DNA of 63,858 nt, filler included, from Octopus bimaculoides (Eukaryota): NCBI RefSeq assembly GCF_001194135.2. It is 6 parts of 6 records of this genome, joined end to end, with 100 filler letters (N's around TTAATTAATTAA, not from the genome) between each part and the next. Parts side by side here need not be neighbours in the genome. Positions count along the whole stretch, not along the records: positions 49,349 to 59,060 come from NC_069008.1; positions 59,161 to 63,858 come from NW_026303539.1; 4 more parts are not named here. One strand, written 5' to 3'. This document shows, piece after piece, positions 49,910 through 62,458 of the stretch. The first letter of the stretch is position 1, and every line of letters begins with the position of its first letter. Below the pieces are notes generated by a model. The model made no database searches and was not told where the DNA came from. It worked only from the letters and a program-made list of their open reading frames with translations. Made by a program: the position numbers and the translations under genes.

Positions 49910-50095
49910 AGTGGATCCCCTTTGCCGTACAAACATCCAACGACTGTCCTTTCTGTTTCCGCTCCCACTCTTCACTGAAGCGCTGAATCTGTTATGGCTT
50001 TCTATCAAGATCTCATATAAGTTACAACTTTGATCCCAAACGCAGATAAGATCCTCCTCTTTGGTGACTTCAACACCCGTGTTAGAAGCAAACAT
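49910..50095 (+). pseudogene. RTE-type APE fragment
   Basis: TVLSVSAPTL..SAESVMAFYQDL..IPNADKILLFGDFNTRV. Confidence 0.7.
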
Positions 50096-50389
50096 GTTTT
50101 TTTTTCACACACATACGCGAGGGCTTGCATGTTTTTAAGGTTGCTTAAATCCCAGCAATGGACCGCTGCATTATCATTCTATAAAATGTGTCTGTGAGGA
50201 GAAAGATATTGAAAAACATCAATACATGTCAGAGTGACGAAGAAGGGAGGGAGGGATCAGGTGGTTGTGAGATGTACTAAAAACAACAGCTAAAACTCCC
50301 TTAAATCACACACCTTTTCGTCTGAAAATCATTTTGAAATTATATACACAAACAAATTGTAGATTCGGATTGACTGCATTTTGATTAAA

Positions 50390-50990
50390 ACAAACTTGAT
50401 TAAAACAAATTTGATTAAAACTAACGCGAAATTTTAGGATTTATTGTTAATGAAAAAATTTTTAATATTTCACTTTTTAAATTACGTTTCATTTTCTATT
50501 TGAAAATAAAAGAAGAGGGGGTTGTAATGGTGTTTGCTGATTACAAAATTGTTTTTTAACCTTCAAGGCTTCTCCTATCGTTTTTAAGTGCGTTGTCAAA
50601 AAAACATTGGCCAAAATCGATCCTGAGTCGAGGAGGGAGCGATTGAAAAATGCATAAATTTTTAAATTATGCTGATTTTTTTATGTTTTTTTTTTTACTG
50701 AAAAGGCGTCTTCCATTGTTTATAAGTGCAAAAAAAAATTGGGCAAATTCAGTCAGCAAGAGGTAGGGAAGGGAAATTATTAAATTTTCAAAAAATTTTT
50801 TTTTCATAAAAAACATCTCTTCGCCTGCCTTCATTTGCAAGGGTCTGGTGGAAGCAAAACAAAAAAAAAACAAAACAAAAGAACACGTCAGAACGGCGAA
50901 AATTCAACTTATATGGGTGTGCTATTCCGAAAGTCTACCAGAGCATTCTAGGGAGTAAATTACCCGGCAACGACGGGATGCTCAACTAAT
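50390..50990 (+). mobile_element. Possible non-autonomous Helitron (3' end supported, 5' boundary guessed)
   Basis: acccg-gcaacga-cggg hairpin (50963-50977) followed by ctaat (CTAG-like) at 50986-50990. Confidence 0.4.
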
Positions 50991-51160
50991 GTGTGTGCAT
51001 ACGTGTGTGTATGTGTGCGTGTGCACGCGCATATATATATATAGAGAGAAGGAGAGAGCGATACATGTGTATGCATACATATACATACACACACACACAC
51101 ACACACACACATAGAGAGAAGGAGAGAGCGATACATGTGTATGCATACATATACATACAT

Positions 51161-51210
<50 letters not shown>

Positions 51211-51945
51211 CAAAACTGTCCGATGAATGGGAACGTGAAACTCAGAGTAACAGTCTTTTGTTATATTTCTGCTGCTTTTAANNNNNNNNNNNNNNNNNNN
51301 NNNNNNNNNNNNNNNNNNNNNNNNNNNNNNNNNNNNNNNNNNNNNNNNNNNNNNNNNNNNNNNNNNNNNNNNNNNNNNNNNNNNNNNNNNNNNNNNNNNN
51401 NNNNNNNNNNNNNNNNNNNNNNNNNNNNNNNNNNNNNNNNNNNNNNNNNNNNNNNNNNNNNNNNNNNNNNNNNNNNNNNNNNNNNNNNNNNNNNNNNNNN
51501 NNNNNNNNNNNNNNNNNNNNNNNNNNNNNNNNNNNNNNNNNNNNNNNNNNNNNNNNNNNNNNNNNNNNNNNNNNNNNNNNNNNNNNNNNNNNNNNNNNNN
51601 NNNNNNNNNNNNNNNNNNNNNNNNNNNNNNNNNNNNNNNNNNNNNNNNNNNNNNNNNNNNNNNNNNNNNNNNNNNNNNNNNNNNNNNNNNNNNNNNNNNN
51701 NNNNNNNNNNNNNNNNNNNNNNNNNNNNNNNNNNNNNNNNNNNNNNNNNNNNNNNNNNNNNNNNNNNNNNNNNNNNNNNNNNNNNNNNNNNNNNNNNNNN
51801 NNNNNNNNNNNNNNNNNNNNNNNNNNNNNNNNNNNNNNNNNNNNNNNNNNNNNNNNNNNNNNNNNNNNNNNNNNNNNNNNNNNNNNNNNNNNNNNNNNNN
51901 NNNNNNNNNNNNNNNNNNNNNNNNNNNNNNNNNNNNNNNNNNNNN

Positions 51946-51994
<49 letters not shown>

Positions 51995-52405
51995 GATAAA
52001 CATGGTGTACTTGTAAATACTCTCATTCAGAGAGTAATATATGCGGACGGAGGGGGATAGATCGACAGACAGACAGGCAGGCAGGCAGGCAGGCAGGCTG
52101 GCTGGCAGACAGACAGACAGGTAGGTAGGTAGGTAAATAGCTAGAGAGAGAGACAGACAGACAGGTAGACAGACAGACAGATACATACATACATACATAC
52201 ATACATACATACATACATACATAGACAGAAGGACAGGCGGACGGATGGACGGATGTCTTGATGGACAGTTGTTGCNNNNNNNNNNNNNNNNNNNNNNNNN
52301 NNNNNNNNNNNNNNNNNNNNNNNNNNNNNNNNNNNNNNNNNNNNNNNNNNNNNNNNNNNNNNNNNNNNNNNNNNGGGGGGGGGGGGACACTCTCACATAG
52401 ATCTT

Positions 52406-53430
52406 ATAGGAGGGTGTACCGAAAAGAAACCAGAATTTTGAAATATTATTTTATTCACTCGGTTTCATATGTTTACACTTTCACCGCTTTCAAAGTATTC
52501 TCCATTTGAAACACTGCATCAGTCCAGACGCGTTTTCCACCGGTCGCAGCAGACCTGCAACTCTTGCAAAGCGATGTCTTTGAACGCCTCCGTCGTTTTT
52601 GTTTTTTGTTTTTGTTCTTTACTTCGTCCACATCTGCAAAACGTTTTCCTTTAAGGATTTTTTTTTTCATTCGTAGGAACGGGAAATAGTTGCAGGGAGC
52701 AAGATCGGGCGAATAGGGAAGGTGGGTAAGCGGGGTTATGCCACTTTTGGTCAAAAACTGTCTCACACACAATGCGGTGTGCGCAGGCGCATTGTCGTAA
52801 TGAAACCATCACTCTATACTTTGCCACAGGTCGGGCGTTTTCGTCTCACTGCGTCTCCCAAATGCTTCAGAATTGCCAAGTAAAATGTCTGGTTAACAGT
52901 TTGACCAGGAGCAACAAATTCCGTGTGGACAATTCCTTTCGCGTCGATAAACAAACCAGCATCGTCTCGACGCCGGACTTCACTTGAAGTGCTTTTTAGG
53001 GGCGTGGTGCCATCGAATTCTTCCATTAACTCGATTGCTGATTTGTTTCTGGGTCGTAACAGAAGCATCAGCTTTCCTCACCAGTGATGGCCTTCGAAAA
53101 TTGGTTCGGATCAACTGTTCTTTCAATTTCAAGACACGCATTCAGTCGTGGCTGTTTTTGATCTTCCGTGAGCAAGCGATGCACAAATTTTGCTGCAACT
53201 CTTTTCATTCACAATTCCTCGCTCAAACTTCGTTGCCAGGAGCTCCAGGACACACCAGTCATATCAACAAGTCCGTCAATTGTTCGGCGACGGTCCTACA
53301 ACATCAGTTCGTGAATTTTCGTAATGTTTCCATTCATTCGGAAAGTCCACGGTGGCCCTCAACGAGGTCGGTCTTCAAGCGACAAGTGAGCATTCCTGAA
53401 GCGTGGAAACCACTCGTAAACTCGTTTTGT
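52406..53430 (-). pseudogene. mariner (DD34D) transposase remnant
   Basis: MKRVAAKFVHRLLT..; FIDAKGIVHTEFVAPGQTVNQTFY; HDNAPAH; HLPYSPDLAPCNY..LKGKRFADV. Confidence 0.85.
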
Positions 53431-53948
53431 TCGTTAGCTAGAACTATGGGGCTGGGAGGGGGTGGAGACATATGGTTCAGCAGCCGATGTACATCGAAAG
53501 GATATAGGCTCCCGCTTGGTTCTCCTGTGTTTGATCCAGTGGAACATCCAGGATCTCACATCTGTACCGGAATTTGTTTTGTAATCATTAACAGGTGAGT
53601 AGGCAAGAAAAGGGGTGTGCTGTCCAAGGATACGACGAACCATCCAGTCCAGGAATCCAATCCGGGTCCACCACCGTAAACCACTGGCGCACTTGCCTCT
53701 TCAGACAGCATCTAAGAAGATATACATACATACATATATATATATGAGAGGTAATGGTACCCAGAGGACCCAAGGTGGCAGGTACCGCTATGTAAGTGCT
53801 ATGGAAGGACCCTAGTTAAACTCTCGGTTCGATAATACGAGTGGGGAGTCTAATGCGGATCTTCTATGAGCTTGTATATGTTAAATAAAATGAGGCAACA
53901 AAGCCAAGGTTGTGTGGAATTTTCAGGACATTTATAATGAGAAAGTTA

Positions 53949-54015
53949 GTCTTACAGCTGTTTCTGGTATATGAGGTATATATATTAGTTTCTGGTATAT
54001 CCCTTCATCAGAGAC
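53949..54015 (-). ncRNA. Type I hammerhead motif interrupted by a 28-nt insertion/duplication
   Basis: Removing the insert gives gucu-CUGAUGA-a-ggg-auaua-cca-GAAAC-agcu-GUA-agac. Confidence 0.6.
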
Positions 54016-54508
54016 GATGTGGGATGGTTAAATAGAGGAAAATAGTAGATTCCAGTATAAGGAGTTATTTTGGAAAAGGATGGAGATAAGAAGTATAAAG
54101 GGAAATACGAGAATAAAAGTAAAAATTAAAATATATGTAGGATGTTATAGTTGCAGTTCCATTATCCGATGAAACGGAGCTGCAATCTTAAGGCTGAATA
54201 ACGTCCATACACAACATTATTAAATGAATATCAGATTGGGTGTATAAGTGCCGGTCACATGATACTCATGCACTTTATATTAAAAATACTGTCTACAATA
54301 TTCACGAAATGTAGAATTGACGCCTGTGCCACTTTGTTATATTATGAGTGTGTGTGTGGGGGGGGGGTCCCTTTTATTTTGAAGTTCATAAATTCGTCTG
54401 ACGAAAGCAGCTTCTGCACAATGATGTAATGTTTTCATTAATCAATTAAAAGAATCGTTAGAAACGGCCATAATGGATTTGACACCCGTACCTTTACCGT
54501 TACTCATA

Positions 54509-54612
<104 letters not shown>

Positions 54613-54967
54613 TGTGTACGTACGTACGATCTTTCTTGGGTATTGGAAAGAAGACAACTATGTGGGGGGTGTATGTGGGTGTGAGTGTGTAGATATGTAG
54701 GTGGAAGTGGTGTGAATGTGGGTGTGTTTGCGTGCGGCATGTATAAACATGTTTGTTTATCACCATTATCACTTCGGTCTTCGTCGCATTGCTTCTTCTA
54801 ATCTATGTTTTACAACTTATTGACTATATCTTGTGCAATTGTTATCGTACACAAAGGATAACTAACTTGTCGTTGGCTCAGTCTACCTAGCTGCCAAGTG
54901 GAGAGCATCGTTTGGATATTTCCACTGGATAATAAAGGGTACATAGAGCAAGAGTCAGCGACAGAAG

Positions 54968-55462
54968 TACAACAGAAGTTGGTTTAGGAACGCTTCTCAC
55001 TTTTAGCAAATCGGTTTACGAACAATTTTCCGAACGGTGTCTCGAGTAACGAACACACAAGACGGCAACAACGGCTGGTGACAAACAGGAAGTATCAGCA
55101 GTAGTAGAGCGTCAGTTGTTGTCTAGCATTTGATTAGTGCACATCCTTGCTCGAATTCGCTTGCCTTCTCTTCAATTTCCTCTGGAAATAATAGTTTCGG
55201 TTTACGAACATTTCGGGTGACAAACGGTGTTTCGAGTAACGAACATGCAAGCCAGCAACAACGGTTTGTGACAAACTGAAAGTATCAGCAGAAGAGCGTT
55301 AGTTGATGTCTGGGAGTTCTCGAGTGCTCATCCATGCTCGAATTCGCCGTGCCTCCCACCTCTTGAATTTCATATGGGAAAAATAGTTTCGGTTTATGAA
55401 CACTTCGAGTGACGAACGGCCTCCAGGAATTAATTAAATTCGCAAACCGCGGTTCCACTCTA
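54968..55462. mobile_element. pogo/Tigger-like MITE with internal ~190-bp tandem duplication
   Basis: Right end ttcgcaaaccgcggttccactcta, reverse complement of a cagtggaacctcggtttacgaa-type TIR; units start at 55013, 55199, 55391. Confidence 0.6.
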
Positions 55463-55622
55463 TTCTCTGCAATCTTTTTATTCTTACTTTTTTTTTTGTT
55501 TTTCATTTTTAATGTATTTGTGGACCATTGATAGCTTTTTACTAGTGTTTTTGTTTTTGTGATATAAATAGGGGACGGGGATGGATGCGGAGATATATTA
55601 ATACGTATGATATATAATTGTT

Positions 55623-55806
55623 TTGTTGCTGGCACTCCGTCGCTTACGACGTCGAGGGTTCCAGTTGATCCGATCAACGGAATAGCCTGCTCGTGAAATT
55701 AACGTGCAAGTGGCTTTAGGTGTTTTCGCTCAATAAACACTCACAACGCCCGGTCTGAGAATCGAAACCGCGATCCTATGACCGCGAGACCGCTGCCCTC
55801 CACCAA
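55623..55806 (-). mobile_element. SINE family C, internally deleted
   Basis: ggcactccgtcgcttacgacgtcgagggttccagttgatccgatc..aatcgaaaccgcgatcctatgaccgcgag. Confidence 0.88.
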
Positions 55807-55919
55807 TTATAATAATACATTTATTATAACTATAATAATATTTTTACGGAGATGTACTTACATAGTGTGTATGTGTGTGTTTCTTACAAAGTACGAGGAA
55901 GAACTTGTCCGTATGAAAC

Positions 55920-56430
55920 GCCACAAGTAATATGAAATTAAAGACTTTACACATGGATCACTTTCAAAGACTACGCAAAGTTTAATTTGTCCCTGATTTG
56001 GCGTTAAACTAAAACGGCATGGATGACTAAGATTCTTTTGGTAGAATGATTTAGACAATATTTCTAACAAAGCATTACTTTCCAACAAATCTGGCCTCTT
56101 CGCTCCAGTCAATAGGTCAATGTGTGATAGCTAACTTCAAGGTACGTTACTTGAGAAGAACTTGCCAAAAACATATGAAAGCAGCTGACGAGAAGAAGAA
56201 TACAACAGTTAGAGACTATTGAAAAAAGAGGTAGCTGAGAGTATAGATGAGAACGCGGAAATTCTACGTAAATTAACTGTAAAGAATATTATTAAAGCGT
56301 TGGGACTTTTAGAGGAAGGACTGCAAGTTTTTGCTCTTAACAACCTTAAATGTGAATGTAACAAACATTACAAGACGAGTTTACAATGTCTTCGAATTCT
56401 GTTCTGAGCTGTGTAAAAAGATGATGCACC
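55920..56430 (+). pseudogene. pogo/Tigger DDE transposase remnant
   Basis: ..KTAWMTK..; LPTNLASSLQSIGQCVIANFKVRYLRRTCQK (cf. LPPNTTSLLQPMDQGVI..FK..Y); LTVKNIIKALGLLEEG. Confidence 0.65.
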
Positions 56431-56654
56431 ATAAACATGAAAGAATTTTGGATAAATTCTACATCCTTGAAGCATCGATTGATAGCTATAAAACAAACGA
56501 TAATGTCACTCAACTTCTCAATAACTCTCATTCCACCATCATCCTTCGCACAGCAGTCAACATCTTTTGTGATTAAGAACGCATCCTATATGATATTAAC
56601 GATTATTAATTACCCCCTAACGCATTTCTCTTCGAATCTCGTTATTACATATCC

Positions 56655-56781
56655 TTTTCTAAGCTAGGCACAAGGCCCGAAATTTTGGGGGAGGGGCCAG
56701 TCGATTAGATCGACCCAGTACGCAACTGGTACTTAATTTATCGACCTCGAAAGGATGAGAGGCAATGTCGACCTCGGCGGA
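56655..56781 (-). mobile_element. SINE family B 3' part (type-2 tail)
   Basis: ttttctaagctaggcacaaggcccgaaattttggggga..tcgacctcggcgga. Confidence 0.85.
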
Positions 56782-57790
56782 TGTGTAGAAGAAATCCACT
56801 CCATAGACGGGAAAACCCGCAAAAGACTTAAAACCAGCCGGAAATTTCCGCAGAGATGAAGGAAGTAGAGACTTGAGATCTGCAGAAAGCCTTTGAATGT
56901 CGCTAGTCTCGCTCACACAGTAATCGCTAAACAACGGCAGCAATAACAAATTCATTAACTTCCTGCTGGAAAGTGAAGAGAACAATATCAGACATGTCGG
57001 CAGCAGGACTCCTCAAGAAGGAAACACTCTCTACCCGATGACCTCCCATACAACGCCAAAAGAACCGGACTAAGAAAACCTGGATGTGAAACGCTGAGCA
57101 TACCGAAAAAAAAAAAGGACCATGCATAGGTGTGTTTCTCGAAGACTTGAAGAAGACGGTAACATCGACATGAAGCGAAGCTTCTCTTGGACTCGTGACT
57201 GCTACGTCACATCACGCTTCGAAGGCTATGCATTTGCAATCCAAGAACAGGAGATTGCGACGAAAAAAACTTATAAACAAAAGAGATAGTGAAGCTCTTG
57301 GAGTTCCAAGATGCAACAGAAAATATAGATTATGTCATATTTCTGTGGAAGACATCAGAAACGAGATTATCAGTTAGCCATAGAGAATTCCTCTATTATT
57401 GAAGACATACGCACAGATCAACTCAAGGAATGCGGTAGAAAGATTGCCATCGAAACATCTGCTTGGTGTAAGGATAACAGGTCGGATATTGTTGATTGGG
57501 ACAGATAAGAAACTGTATGTACTCTCATAGAGTTCAGCTGCTCTGCTGACGTGAATATTTCTTTGTCAAAGTCAGAGAAGATAACTACGGACAACTGCTT
57601 CGAAACCTCCAACCTCTGCCCGCAGGTCATCTTTATACCAATAATAACGGGTGCACTTGACTTCGTGGGTAAATGCCTAAGTGACAATCTGAATAAGCTA
57701 ATTCAACCAACTAACTTGCACTTAACAAATACAATCTGTAAGTGGAACAGTAAAAATATGCAAGACTTTCTTCAAGTTTAAAATGTGACA
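56782..57790 (+). pseudogene. Dong/R4 remnant (RT end, CCHC zinc knuckle, RLE)
   Basis: IDGKTRKRL..; FEGYAFAIQEQEIATK..CNRKYRLCHISVEDI; NRSDIVDWD..IEFSCSADVNI; FIPIITGALDFVGKCL. Confidence 0.8.
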
Positions 57791-58788
57791 TTGTTTTTGT
57801 TAATTACATTCCAGCGACGGAGCTTTGAATGTTTGTTGGAAACCAGCTCCTTCTTCAGAGGAAGAATTTGGATAATTAAGACCAGAAGAGAACATTCATA
57901 CATTCATGAGATTTGGCTGCTATTTCTAACAAGTCTAGCTACGAAGCCGCAGAGATATCTCCCTCATTGGTTGAGGTGAGATTTGAGTGCGACTTGGCTG
58001 CTTATTAACAAATCTAGCTGCCATGTAGAAGCCCTTGTAACTATGAGAAGTCAGAAAAGAGGCGAGCGACCGTTTGTCAACGCCAGTGTCAACAGGCGTG
58101 TGTGTGACAGGGAGATGGCGGTGATGGTGGTGGTGAGGCTATCTGTCGCTGCATACAAAGAGAGAAGAAGACAGGAAGAAAACACACACACACGGACAGA
58201 GTGAGAGGTAGAGAGAGAGACAGAAAGGAGAGAAAAGAGAATGATTTAGGAGCCTGTGAAACGAATGCCGGATCGATATGCATCGCAGAGAAGATTCGTT
58301 TGCTGGCAGTTAAAAGTTTCTCTCTCTCTCTCTTCACCTATCTATCTTTCTATCTATCAATCGATCTATCTGCCCATCGATCTATCTACCGATCTCTCTC
58401 TCTCTNNNNNNNNNNNNNNNNNNNNNNNNNNNNNNNNNNNNNNNNNNNNNNNNNNNNNNNNNNNNNNNNNNNNNNNNNNNNNNNNNNNNNNNNNNNNNNN
58501 NNNNTATATATATATATATATATTTAGGATACATACATACATACATATCTGTCTGTCTCTCAGTCTGTCCATCTATTTTCCTATCAATCTTATCTATCTA
58601 CACATCCATCTATTAATCAATCAGTCTGTCAGCCTGAGTGTCTGTCTACATGTCTATCTTTTTGTCTGTCTGTCCATATATCCACACACACACACACACA
58701 CACATGCACAGATACACGCAAATATATATGTATATAAATTTATGTACATACCCATGGACGTACGTATGCATGTATAGATATACACGTG

Positions 58789-58830
<42 letters not shown>

Positions 58831-59321
58831 TGTATATATACATATACATACATATATATATATACATACATACATACATATATATATATACATACATATA
58901 TATATATACATATATATATATATACATACATATATATATATATATATACATACATACATACATATATATATACATATATATATATATACATACATATATA
59001 TATATATACATACATATATATATACATACATATATATATATATACATACATATATATATANNNNNNNNNNNNNNNNNNNNNNNNNNNNNNNNNNNNNNNN
59101 NNNNTTAATTAATTAANNNNNNNNNNNNNNNNNNNNNNNNNNNNNNNNNNNNNNNNNNNNATATATATATATATACATATGTATGTATGTATGTATATAT
59201 ACATATATATACATATATATGTGTGTGTTGTGTGCATGTGTGTGTATATATATATATAAACACACACACATATATACATATATATTCATACACACACACA
59301 TACATGCATATATATATAAAA

Positions 59322-60395
59322 TCTTTAAAATGTTTCAGCTTCAAAGCTATGGTCATGCTGGGGCACCACTGTTGACTGGGCTTCATTATTTGAAACCTCT
59401 GCTGATTTGCAACATTTAGTCAATGAGGGAGTTTGATGCCACTGCCCTCATCTATGTTTCCTACTGTGAGGTAGGCTCATATGGAACTCTTGACAGGAAG
59501 AGATCCAGTTTTGTTTTAAAGACCATGCAGGTCTCTCAGGCATTTTGGAAGGATATTGATGGGCCGTGGGCCCTTGAAACCCAAGCTATTGCTGTATTTG
59601 CTCCTGTGTTTTGATGGCGATGCTGGGATCTTTGGCACTATGTAGTGGAACCCCATTTTGCAGTTTGAGTAATTTCTATTGCTGAAGTTTGGTACAAGGC
59701 CTTCAAGGATTATATCACTGCATGTCTTTCCTGCCTTCGTTCTAGGGAGAAGAGTTTTAATTCTTTCAGTCTTTTCCAGTTGCTGATACATTGCATTGAG
59801 ACGATTTTCTTTGTGTAGCTTCATTGGATTACTTCGAGTTCTGCTGTGAATTTTATAGTGTGTGGTGGACATAGTTGGGAGTAGTAGTCCAAGCAGCTGA
59901 GGACGTATGTCCTCCAAAGGACTGTCAATGTCTCCTCTTCTCTTGTTTTGAAAGTTCAGAGGATCCAGCCAGTCAGCCGTCTGCATTTTATTACCAAATT
60001 GGTAATATGCACCTGGAAAGATGCATCATTGCTCATGTCAATGCCCAGGTCATGCACTGATTTTGATTCAGGGATTGCAATTCTTCCCAGGCCAGTGTAT
60101 CCTGTCTGCATGTCATTTAGCATTGGCCTGGAATTTTCCTGCATTAAACTGCATGTTCTTCTCCTCAGCCCACCTGTACATTGCGTCCAACTCCCATTGC
60201 AAATGTACAATATTTCCAAGATTTTGTATTGCCTGAGAGACTTTTGTGTTGTCTGCATAGCTAGAAAGGATGGCTATCTCAGCAGCTGAGAGCATGTCTA
60301 AGAGGGCCATCATAAATAGCAGTAGCCTGAAGACAGCGCCCTGTGGAACACCACTTGCTATTTGTGTTTCCTCTGAGGTGGTTCCATTGGCAGCT
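59322..60395 (-). mobile_element. CR1-like LINE 3' portion (RT C-half to 3' end), degraded
   Basis: SGVPQG..SYADNTK..MQFNAGKFQ; DLGIDMSNDASFQVHI..GWIL; tail ggtgccccagcatgaccatagctttgaagctgaaa. Confidence 0.85.
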
Positions 60396-60860
60396 GAAAC
60401 CTGAGTCTCCTTTTGGTCAGCTGAACTTGGCACAAACTTGGCGGACACACATCTAATAACCCAAATCTTCAGTGATAATGGACTGAACTGAACTGAAACT
60501 AACCTGCACATCCTCTGATAATTTATGGATGGTGATTTGATGGTTTCCTCTCACAGTTGCATGCACATCTGCAATGTTTTTCTCAGTTCTGCCAGTTGTG
60601 GGTCACCAAGAACGTTCGTCAACATCAATATTTTTTCGGCCATCTTGCAAACGTCTGAACCACTCTTACACTTGTGTGCAGCTCATACACTCCTCTCCAT
60701 ACACTTTCTGCAACACTGCAAAGACCTCTGAGCAGGTATCACGATGACAACTTTGTTATGGTCGATGTGATGATCACACACTACACACCTTCCTTCCAAG
60801 CACTGCTGTAAACAGTGGAAGTGAGCTAGAAAGTTAAAACTTAGTGCGCATCCACAGCAC
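60396..60860 (-). mobile_element. mariner 5' fragment, same family as 43795-44646
   Basis: ..WVIRCVSAKFVP..ADQKETQV; shares gtaaacagtggaagtgagctag..aaaacttagtgcgcat with the reverse complement of 43900-43940. Confidence 0.8.
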
Positions 60861-60881
60861 ATACACACACACACACACACT

Positions 60882-62255
60882 TTGTCAGGAAGAAACTAAC
60901 TGCATTCCTTGAAGACAATGACTTGCTTCCTGACACCCAGCATGGCTTTCACTCAGGAATAAGCTGCCTTACACAGCTTTTGCAGCACTAATGGTTGACT
61001 GTTGAAACATTTAATGAATCGCTCAGAAATGGATGTGATATATCTTGACTTTGCAAAAGCCTTTGATAAGGTTGATCATGGGATGATATGTCACAAGGTA
61101 TGGAGACTCGGTATAACTGGGAAAATTGGAGAGTGGTTGCATGACTTCTTAAAAGACAATAGCCAGGCTGTAGCAGCCAATGGAGCCCCCTCCAAAGGGA
61201 TAGTAATAGAGAGTGGAGTGCCTCAGGGAACTGTATTAGGGCTTCTGCTGTTCATGATGGCTCTTTCAGACATGCCATCAGTTAGGCAGCCACACTTGCC
61301 AGTCATGCTAATAACACAAAAGTAGTACAAGCAGTCAAGGAACTTTCTGATGCTAATCTTCAACAGAAAGACCTAGATGCCATATATAAATGGGCTGAGA
61401 AAGACAACATGTAATTTAATGCAGGCAAATTCCAAACTTTCTACTTCTAGCTAATTGGTGCTTAGAAGTTGCAACAATGATACTTTGGACCAGATGGAGT
61501 GGCAATCCCAGAATCACATATGGTGTGTGATCTCAGGATTGATATAGGCAACAATGCCTTGTTTCACATACATATCACCAAGAGGGTAGCAGTGTGCAGG
61601 CAAATGGCTGGACAGATTCTGAGAACCTTCAGAACAAGGGACCAGGAATCTATGCTGGTCCTATGGAGAACATTTGTCCTTGGCTCTCGACTGTGGTCAC
61701 CCTACAGTTTGAGATTAATAGTGGAACCTGAGGCGGTTCAGCGATGTTACACAAGGACTGCATCAATGGAACAGCTGAGCTACTGGGAGAGGCTGAAAGA
61801 GCTACGACTCAACTCCCTGGAGTGAAGACAGGAGAGGTATGTGTGGAAGATACCAGAGGGGCTGGCACCAAACTTTGGAATCGAAAGCTATACCAGACCC
61901 TGAATTGGACATCACTACACTATTCCAAAGATCTGAGCTGTCCCATCTAGAGTGAAGACCATGTACTGCAATAGCTTGGAATTCAAGGGCCTACAGCTAT
62001 TTAACATCTTGTCAAAACATCTGAGGAATTTCCATGGAGTGGGAGTATATGTTTTCAAGAAACAACTTGTCTTCTTGCTATCTAAGGTCCCAGATAAATC
62101 AATATCAGGGCAAGAAGCTCAAAAGAGGGCAGCAGTGTCAAACTCCCACCTTTACCAAACGCCAGTCACATAAGATTGGCCCCTTAAAAGGTGATAACAC
62201 TCGTCGTACCCCAGTATGGCCACAATTTTTGGGCTGAAACATATAAATGAAAAAT
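60882..62255 (+). mobile_element. CR1-like LINE, RT to 3' end, degraded
   Basis: QHGF..SCLTQL..YLDFAKAFDKVDHG..SGVPQGTVLGLLLF; ILRTFRTRD; 3' tail gtaccccagtatggccac..ctgaaac. Confidence 0.88.
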
Positions 62256-62423
62256 ATATGTATATATATATATTTGTTCATATGATGATATCTCCATAAT
62301 GTGTTGATGATGAGAAAAACATGTAATCATTACCAAGAGATTTCTTTTAACTCTCTTTTAAATTTAAAATTTTGGATATATATTGTGGTATGAAGTTTGG
62401 ATATATATATATATATATTTTGG

Positions 62424-62456
<33 letters not shown>

Positions 62457-62458
62457 TG

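Noticed and set aside
57820-57862. Minus-strand CUGAAGA-A-GGA..UCC motif in the Dong 3' region; similar partial motif at 54390-54420
   Set aside because: GAAAC and stem I partner are missing; not supportable as hammerheads.
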